From contig NZ_LN885086.1 in the NCBI RefSeq assembly GCF_001458695.1, positions 1,590,001 to 1,622,000 of the forward strand: a stretch of DNA of 32,000 bases. Direction: 5' to 3'. Positions 27,401 through 32,000 of the stretch are shown here, one piece after another. Source of the DNA: Candidatus Nitrospira inopinata (GTDB taxonomy: Bacteria > Nitrospirota > Nitrospiria > Nitrospirales > Nitrospiraceae). How positions within the stretch are numbered: the stretch's first letter is position 1; every line of letters begins with the position of its first letter. Under the pieces are notes generated by a model, which saw only the letters and a list, made by a program, of their open reading frames with translations, was not told where the DNA came from and did no database searches. Made by a program: the position numbers and the translations under genes.

Positions 27401-28924
27401 CAGATCGCGACCTTCAACGGGGCGGCGATCTTCATCCATGGAGCGGACGGAGTGCGTGTTGCCGATGATGCCGGCCGAATGATTCCGGGAGCGGTCGAAG
27501 TCAGAACTTTACTTGTCGATCGAGACGGCGCCATGGTCTTGGCCTTGCCGAATGAGAGCGGGACAGCCGTTCCCATTCAAGCCTATAGAACGGTTCTTCC
27601 CGTCGGTCAAACGACCGAGCAAAACGTGTTTACGGCGCAGGACGTGTCGAACGGCCGGGTTGAATTGGTCTGGAAACCGTTGTTTGTCGAGCAGACGGGG
27701 CAACTGTTTTTGGTCGGAGGCGAGCGGGTTCGTCAAGGAGAGCAAATCGTGTTCCAAGAAAAGGTGGTCGCCGTCGATTTGAATCCGGCCAGGACGGCCG
27801 ATGGCACTCCGATTCTTGTTGATGGAAGGCCGGCCCTGGTAGACGGCAGAATCATGCTCGAAGTCGGCGGGCAGCGGGTGTCTGTGGTGACGCCGGTCGG
27901 CGGGCGGGTCAACATCGGCGGCACGGTGGCGACTCGGAATGCAGAGCAAACCGGCATTGTGACCCTGCGAGGCGGCGACATCACGATTCTCTCGACCGGC
28001 GATGTCGATGTGAACCGCTCCCGCGTCGGCACCTTCGATACCGGCAATATCCTGATTAAATCCACGTCCGGGACGATCAATGCCGGTAGCGGAAGCAGAA
28101 ATGAGCGGTCGCTGTTCGTCATCGACAATGGAGATGGAACCAGCACCCCGGCCACAGTGCCGGGCAGCGGGATCTTCACCTGGGAGCGGGACGATCCAGA
28201 CATGACGACGTTACCCTTTCCCAAGTTTGATACGCCGGCGATGGAGGCGTTGAAGGCGAACATTGCCAAGCGGCGATTCCTTGGGCGCGACACGAGCGAC
28301 CTCGAAGCTCAGTTCAATCGATTGAGCAGAGAGCGGATGGTGGAGTATGACCGCATTTTCGAAGAATTCATTGCTGCGCCGTTCGGCCCGGGGAGCCGTC
28401 CCCTCCAGCTCGGCGATATCAGTCTGATTGCCGCCAGAAATATCGATGTGCCGTCGGCCGGGATCAGGGGCAGGCGCATTAATCTGGAGGCGGGAGAATC
28501 ATTGAATCTCTTAGGCGGGTTGATCATCGGAAAGACCACGTTTACTGCCTCGACGGTTTCCGGTTCTATCGGCGCCTTTGCCGGTGCTGCAGCAGGATCT
28601 GTGGGGGGCGCATCCGTCTCAGCGGCGGGCGGCGCCGGAGGCAGCTCGGTCGGGGGCTTAAGCGGGGTGACCTCGACGGTCTCGGCGACCTCGGCGGCGA
28701 CGAGTACAACCTCATCCACCGCTGCCAAGTCTGTCGAGCAAGTTCAGCAAACCGCCGAAGAATCGGCAGGAACAGCAGCGCCGGCTGCTCAACCGGGCGC
28801 TGGCGACAGACGACAGGTGGCTTCGGCCGATACGGAAAAAAGCAAGAAATCCCAAATGACCCGGTCGATTCGCATGGGACGCGGAGTCGTCATTCAAGTC
28901 GACGTCAAGCCGGCGGCTCAATAA
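24431..28924 (+). CDS. Large TpsA exoprotein (filamentous-haemagglutinin-type TPS domain + beta-helix repeats), 1497 aa
   Basis: Start set at ATG 24431 (GGAG 6 nt upstream). The earlier part of the track ORF overlaps tpsB out of frame. Long signal peptide, then TPS domain motifs (VIQPNASAWMLARV, LILLNPNGVLIGPTGQVNVG), many G/N/V-rich beta-helix-like repeats, and a Gly/Ala/Ser/Thr low-complexity tail. Confidence 0.9.
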   Translation: MGSTGRATKRWETAVRKATVGWTATGMLAWGLSAGLAVPLHAEVVITDVVHGRVEVRPPQTQLDGRIRTDVVQSTARAIVHASDFNIAPNHVVNVIQPNASAWMLARVFGPATHIDGALNATGSLILLNPNGVLIGPTGQVNVGGLFAASTLAMSNGNFLNGVYLFQDSGTNGVIRNAGAINAGVEGVYLFAPNVENAATGVITSANGHVTLGAGRTAFLSNRPDGRGFLAEVTAPAGEALNLGQLLADGGQVTLAGRVVNQGNLVQANSVVQRNGRIELIASERITLQAGSRTSSTGGEVGAHGGTIVARAADRDAGGTRINGAVTVEAGAVVDVGPAAGGVAGEVWLGGTVTANGLVHRLIPNQVTLGDGQLLALASNLGRGEVNVLAMDDIHVTVGPSAPLDFLAIPSGQRGTFHLHAGRNLTWTNSRFASEGVPWNIVARAGNDVTVNASEVSTAGGASIHLHAGRDLSLVDGSLTFARVHTANLGHEILGGDISLTALRDIVAPSPFERYSDGVSLPGIHVGLPGNLTIRAGQDLRGPASPNPTVRPRAFGFTLQGGIADVAAGRDIGSDTAPVNLVLGGFTDNGDGTYTVPAAAANLNAGRSIYFSLAEDFGLREAGVLTANGTTRIDAGTVLRAPLITTTRTDESTGLPIHILPTQLNLAARTGDVLIQQDRPTGVFANERRLLPSVFSARADQGNVTFVTGSSPLRFWPSNEGRIQIHAHQAIRGLGPLQTVPDQNSVLIFTGLPSDPAARWVRVSRSEALADPLLARWFYQWGDLSFVNGSPVSPLPPGLVGLPPASIREKPLILQRSTSPGIVTLYPGDIRSLVGGDVTEQTLGVALQTSAPSSVGRGMTIAMSTEEGDITSLQLNFLSPFLRQTTISSGGDIRSVLLNISTPQLPGDRPSAIVHAGGSIDLTRVPGFNTSGIRFFGNGTAEVRANGNLNLGDSFGIVHLLGNTRDAVAQRRQGGVLDIGIGGRIEMTQSQIATFNGAAIFIHGADGVRVADDAGRMIPGAVEVRTLLVDRDGAMVLALPNESGTAVPIQAYRTVLPVGQTTEQNVFTAQDVSNGRVELVWKPLFVEQTGQLFLVGGERVRQGEQIVFQEKVVAVDLNPARTADGTPILVDGRPALVDGRIMLEVGGQRVSVVTPVGGRVNIGGTVATRNAEQTGIVTLRGGDITILSTGDVDVNRSRVGTFDTGNILIKSTSGTINAGSGSRNERSLFVIDNGDGTSTPATVPGSGIFTWERDDPDMTTLPFPKFDTPAMEALKANIAKRRFLGRDTSDLEAQFNRLSRERMVEYDRIFEEFIAAPFGPGSRPLQLGDISLIAARNIDVPSAGIRGRRINLEAGESLNLLGGLIIGKTTFTASTVSGSIGAFAGAAAGSVGGASVSAAGGAGGSSVGGLSGVTSTVSATSAATSTTSSTAAKSVEQVQQTAEESAGTAAPAAQPGAGDRRQVASADTEKSKKSQMTRSIRMGRGVVIQVDVKPAAQ

Positions 28925-28954
28925 AGAGCCGCTTGCTAGAAAGGATGAAGCGGC

Positions 28955-29731
28955 ATGGATATGAGCTCGGGCGGCGTCGCGTTTGCGTTGAGTCACGCGA
29001 CGCTGGAAGGAAAGATCACCATTTCGGTGCTGCTCGTGTTCTCTCTGGTCAGTTGGACGATCATCGTCAACAAGTTTCGCCAACTGGGGAAAGCCAAGAG
29101 ACGAAACGGGGCGTTCTTGGAGGCCTATTCCAAATCCCAGGCATCGCTCAGCCTGTTCGGCAAAGGGCCCATCAAGGAGCTTCAAGGGTCCCCGATGTAC
29201 GACCTCTATTACGGAGGCTGTGAAGAGCTCAAAACCCAGCAAGAGAAGTACGGAGCCGAGAGGGTGCCCCGGCACGGCATGAACGCCGTGCGGATCGCCT
29301 TGGAACGGGTGCTGGGGGAATCGGCGGTGAATTTGGAATCGGGGATGATCGTCTTGGCCACCGCCATCAGCGGCGGGCCGTTCATCGGACTGTTGGGCAC
29401 GGTCTGGGGCGTGATGGATACGTTCTCCGGCATCGGTCGCGCGCAACAGGCCACCCTCACCACGATGGCTCCCGGCGTGGCCTCGGCGTTGATCGCCACG
29501 GTGGCCGGGCTGATGGTCGCGATCCCCTCGCTGTTTTGTTACAACTATTTGGTCACGAAAACCAAAACTCTGACGATGGAGCTCGACAATTTCGCCGCTC
29601 ATCTGGAGACCGTATTCATGGCCGAGTATCTTCAGGAGAAAAACGGGGCGACGGACGATGACGTGGAGGATTATCGTCCGGGCGGCCACCGGCAAGAAGC
29701 GGAACCCTCCGGCGCGGCGACGGCGCATTGA
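28955..29731 (+). CDS. exbB: MotA/TolQ/ExbB-family proton channel protein
   Basis: 258 aa with three TM segments. LATAISGGPFIGLLGTVWGVMDTF and APGVASALIATVAGLMVAIPSLFCYNYL are canonical ExbB/TolQ motifs. Starts 30 nt after the tpsA stop. Confidence 0.9.
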   Translation: MDMSSGGVAFALSHATLEGKITISVLLVFSLVSWTIIVNKFRQLGKAKRRNGAFLEAYSKSQASLSLFGKGPIKELQGSPMYDLYYGGCEELKTQQEKYGAERVPRHGMNAVRIALERVLGESAVNLESGMIVLATAISGGPFIGLLGTVWGVMDTFSGIGRAQQATLTTMAPGVASALIATVAGLMVAIPSLFCYNYLVTKTKTLTMELDNFAAHLETVFMAEYLQEKNGATDDDVEDYRPGGHRQEAEPSGAATAH

Positions 29732-29810
29732 TGACGCGGCGGTCGTGAGAGACGATGGAGCGGAAAAACGAACAAACGGACACACGAAACAAGGCGGATA
29801 GATCGGAGCC

Positions 29811-30227
29811 ATGAGACGATTTTCAAAGAAAACACACGGCGCCGTCGCCGACATCAATATCACGCCGCTGCTCGATTTGGCCTGGGTGCTGCTGGTCATC
29901 TTCATCATCACCACGACCGCGATGGTGCAGGGCATCGAGCTGAAGCTGCCGGAATCGACGCCGCACGAAACGGACATGGAGAGCAATACCCCGACCCTCT
30001 CCGTCAAGAAAAACGGCGACGTGTACTTGGACGAAGAGCGGGTGAAACTTGGCGATCTGGAAAAGCTGATTCGCGACCTGAAAGCGGCCAAGGGCGGCAA
30101 GCTGCCGCTGGTGCTCCGCGGCGACGCGGGCGTCGAATATAAACATGTCGTGGCGGTGTTGGACATTTTGCAACGGATTCCCGTCGAAGATCTCGCCCTG
30201 GCCACGAAACCGTTCAATGAGCCCTAG
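29811..30227 (+). CDS. exbD: ExbD/TolR-family biopolymer transport protein
   Basis: 138 aa. ADINITPLLDLAWVLLVIFIITT carries the conserved Asp in the TM helix, followed by a periplasmic domain. Confidence 0.9.
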   Translation: MRRFSKKTHGAVADINITPLLDLAWVLLVIFIITTTAMVQGIELKLPESTPHETDMESNTPTLSVKKNGDVYLDEERVKLGDLEKLIRDLKAAKGGKLPLVLRGDAGVEYKHVVAVLDILQRIPVEDLALATKPFNEP

Positions 30228-30236
30228 AGAACCGTG

Positions 30237-30339
30237 AGGCGTGAAAGATCAGGCGTGAAAGGTTACAAGACTCGCATCGTGGGTTCCGCGCACACTCCTC
30301 CCGCACGAGTGACGTTTCACGCTTGACGTTTTACGTGCC
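30237..30339. repeat. Composite repeat in the exbD-tonB spacer: AGGCGTGAAAG x2 (14-bp period) facing two inverted copies (ACGTTTCACGC, ACGTTTTACGTGCC, also 14-bp period)
   Basis: Direct copies at 30237-30247 and 30251-30261. Inverted copies at 30312-30322 and 30326-30339. The arms can pair into a long two-tier imperfect hairpin. Confidence 0.7.
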
Positions 30340-30344
30340 CCAAG

Positions 30345-30992
30345 ATGGCCGGGTATCGAGGATTTGAAAAAAAGAAGAGCAAGCTCGGCACGACGTTGCT
30401 CATTGTCGGTTTGATTCACGTCGGTATTGCCGCGGGGCTTTACTGGGTTTCACAGACCGAGTGGGGCCAGAACCTGATCAAGGTGTACAAGCTCACCGCC
30501 TTCGAGAAGAAAGAACCGCCTCCTCCGCCGGAGAAAGAGCCTGAACCGGAACCCGAACCGCCCAAGCCGGAACCCAAACCGGAGGCTCCCATGCCGGAGC
30601 CCGAACCGCAAGAGGCTCCTCCGCCTCCGCCGCCGGTGACCGAAGCGCCTCCGCCGCAGGTGGCCAGTCTCCCGCCGCCGACCAGCCCCGATCCGTTCGC
30701 CATCGGCAAGAGCCGCAACCGGTTTGCGGGCTACTCGGACATTCTCACGGCCATGATCCAGGCCAAGTATCAGCAACCGCCTTCGCTACCGGACGATCTG
30801 GAATATGCCGTGCTCTGCGAGCTGGTGATCGATGAGCAGGGGAGGGTCTTGCAATATCGCCTGGTCAATTCGTCCGGCAGCCTGCTCTTTGACCAATCGG
30901 CCCTTGATGCCCTGTCCAAGCTCACGCAGGTTCGCCCCCCGCCGGAAGGGATGGATCGCACCGTCATCGTGAAGTTTTTCCCGCCGTCGTGA
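30345..30992 (+). CDS. tonB: TonB-family energy transducer
   Basis: N-terminal TM (TTLLIVGLIHVGIAAGLYWV), Pro-rich rod (EPPPPPEKEPEPEPEPPKPEPKPEAPMPEPEP...PPPPPP), and TonB_C-like end (VLCELVIDEQGRVLQYRLVNSSGSLLFDQSALDALSKL). No SD is visible, so the start is uncertain. Confidence 0.8.
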   Translation: MAGYRGFEKKKSKLGTTLLIVGLIHVGIAAGLYWVSQTEWGQNLIKVYKLTAFEKKEPPPPPEKEPEPEPEPPKPEPKPEAPMPEPEPQEAPPPPPPVTEAPPPQVASLPPPTSPDPFAIGKSRNRFAGYSDILTAMIQAKYQQPPSLPDDLEYAVLCELVIDEQGRVLQYRLVNSSGSLLFDQSALDALSKLTQVRPPPEGMDRTVIVKFFPPS

Positions 30993-31308
30993 CCCGTGAC
31001 AGTTGACCGGTTTCTCAAACTCATTCCGACTTACTCCTTCGATCTTGCGACTTCTCTTCATGGGGCAGCCGATCTCTCCCACGCTCAAAGTTAACGGGTT
31101 CTAAAGAATCGACTCATCGCCGCGTAACCGGGGGAGCGTATAACCGCAAGGTCCGGGAGGGTTCTCCTGTCCTCGTTCGATGAGCGCGACCATCCAAGGA
31201 GAAAAAGAATCCGTCGAAGGGTCTTGAGAGAAGTTTAACGGAACAAAAAACGGATCCTTACGAGCCGGTAATGCCGACATGGGAAAAAGATCGCGTGCCG
31301 CGGGAATG

Positions 31309-31328
31309 AAGGATTGCAAGGATTGCAA
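31309..31328. repeat. Tandem 9-mer AAGGATTGC x2 (+AA)
   Basis: Read directly in the low-GC 470-bp spacer upstream of the last gene. Confidence 0.85.
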
Positions 31329-31463
31329 TGAAATGACGACGATGACGGGAAAGGAGGTGAGGGACGGCTCGTTAACTGGAAAGGCAGAGTCAAGAAAGCG
31401 TGTGGCGGTGTGAGGGAAGAAAGAAAAATCGTCGGTCAATCACTTTCTAAGGAGGATGATGAC

Positions 31464-32000
31464 ATGAAAGTCGGTGCAACAATCAAGCAGACGGTTGCGG
31501 CGTTCGCCGCGGTAGCCGGATTGGCGGTCGTCGGTCTGCCGTCTCCGGCGTCGGCACTTGAGTTTCCGTTTGGAGATCTCGCGTTTGTTGTGTATGGCGG
31601 CGATACCGAGCGGTATGAAAATATGGGCACGGGTTCAGTGGCATGGCTTGAAGAGACACCGAGGTCGTTTGGAACGAACATCGCGTCAGTTCTTCCTGTC
31701 CTTCAACAAGGTGCCGCGTTGGGGGTTCGCTGGGCGTTGTACGGGTCCACCGCTGATGGCTATCACATGTATATGACCTCACAAGCTAGAACCATTACTC
31801 CCCAAATCTTGGAAAACATATTTCCGACCCAAGCTGCCGAGCGGTTTCTTGAGTGGGGCCAGAGCCGGCTTCCCTTCGTGAGCGGAGGCATTGGGAATAC
31901 CTTTGCCAATAATCCCTTGCTGCTTCCCGCCTCCAATCCTCAGTCCTTTACCAATTTTGTCGGAAGAGAGGGGCAGTTGGGTGGCTATACCCCCTTCCAG
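31464..32000 (+). CDS. Secreted hypothetical protein, partial (continues beyond window)
   Basis: Not in the track because it is open-ended. ATG at 31464 after TAAGGAGGATGATGAC. Manual translation gives MKVGATIKQTVAAFAAVAGLAVVGLPSPASALEFPFGDLAFVVYGGDTERYENMGTGSVAWLEE..., a Sec signal ending ASA-L. The frame stays open for 179 codons to the edge. Confidence 0.65.
   Translation, partial: MKVGATIKQTVAAFAAVAGLAVVGLPSPASALEFPFGDLAFVVYGGDTERYENMGTGSVAWLEETPRSFGTNIASVLPVLQQGAALGVRWALYGSTADGYHMYMTSQARTITPQILENIFPTQAAERFLEWGQSRLPFVSGGIGNTFANNPLLLPASNPQSFTNFVGREGQLGGYTPFQ

Noticed and set aside
24431-28924. TpsA as a CdiA-type contact-dependent inhibition toxin.
   Set aside because: There is no VENN/pretoxin-like motif, no distinct C-terminal toxin domain, and no small immunity ORF downstream, since exbB follows after 30 nt.
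31300-31330. Possible sigma54 promoter (GG...TTGCA) at the AAGGATTGC tandem repeat.
   Set aside because: The GG-to-TTGC spacing is one or more nt off the TGGCAC-N5-TTGC consensus in every register I tried.
31101-31439. 112-aa minus-strand ORF in the tonB-downstream spacer.
   Set aside because: Its third codon positions are T-rich, unlike the G/C-rich third positions of the confident genes. The SLQSLQS stretch merely reflects the tandem 9-mer. There is no SD and no motifs.
1-32000. Mobile elements, CRISPR arrays, phage-defence or toxin-antitoxin modules.
   Set aside because: I saw no transposase, integrase or recombinase-like ORFs, no spaced repeat arrays, no terminal inverted repeats flanking a block, and no nuclease, ATPase or TA-like small gene pairs. 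The ExbB/ExbD proteins are of ordinary size (258 and 138 aa), unlike Zorya-type MotAB defence proteins.

Overview
GC-rich (~60%) chromosomal segment of a diderm bacterium. Gene content and protein style resemble Nitrospira-type genomes, but I cannot verify this. No rRNA, tRNA, CRISPR, transposase or integrase is visible. The window falls into four blocks. (1) 1-8.3 kb is housekeeping: a VOC-family fragment, Zn-alcohol dehydrogenase, YceI, a TonB_C-like membrane protein, tdh-kbl, rplI, glyA and nrdR. (2) 8.3-11.5 kb holds a cytoplasmic NarL-type two-component pair, whose kinase has an N-terminal Rossmann (GxGxxG) module instead of a membrane sensor, and a C-terminally anchored hypothetical protein. 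(3) 11.5-20.3 kb looks phosphate-stress themed: a long non-coding leader, Tat-exported PhoX phosphatase, DksA/TraR and Zn-ribbon small proteins, a lipoprotein, olsB-olsA (ornithine lipid), an orphan PhoB/OmpR-like response regulator and a CYTH-CHAD protein. (4) 20.4-32 kb is an envelope locus: an OM beta-barrel, an orphan GspC-like PDZ protein, then divergently tpsB-tpsA (two-partner secretion, 1497-aa exoprotein) tightly followed by exbB-exbD-tonB, and a further secreted protein cut by the window edge. The most interesting signal is this TPS + Ton motor + orphan GspC composite. It is tied to the PhoB-like regulator by a near-identical ~20-30 bp tandem GTAAC element found both upstream of the regulator gene and in the gspC-like/tpsB divergent promoter region. 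All functional calls come from motif recognition by eye in the supplied translations; no database search was possible.
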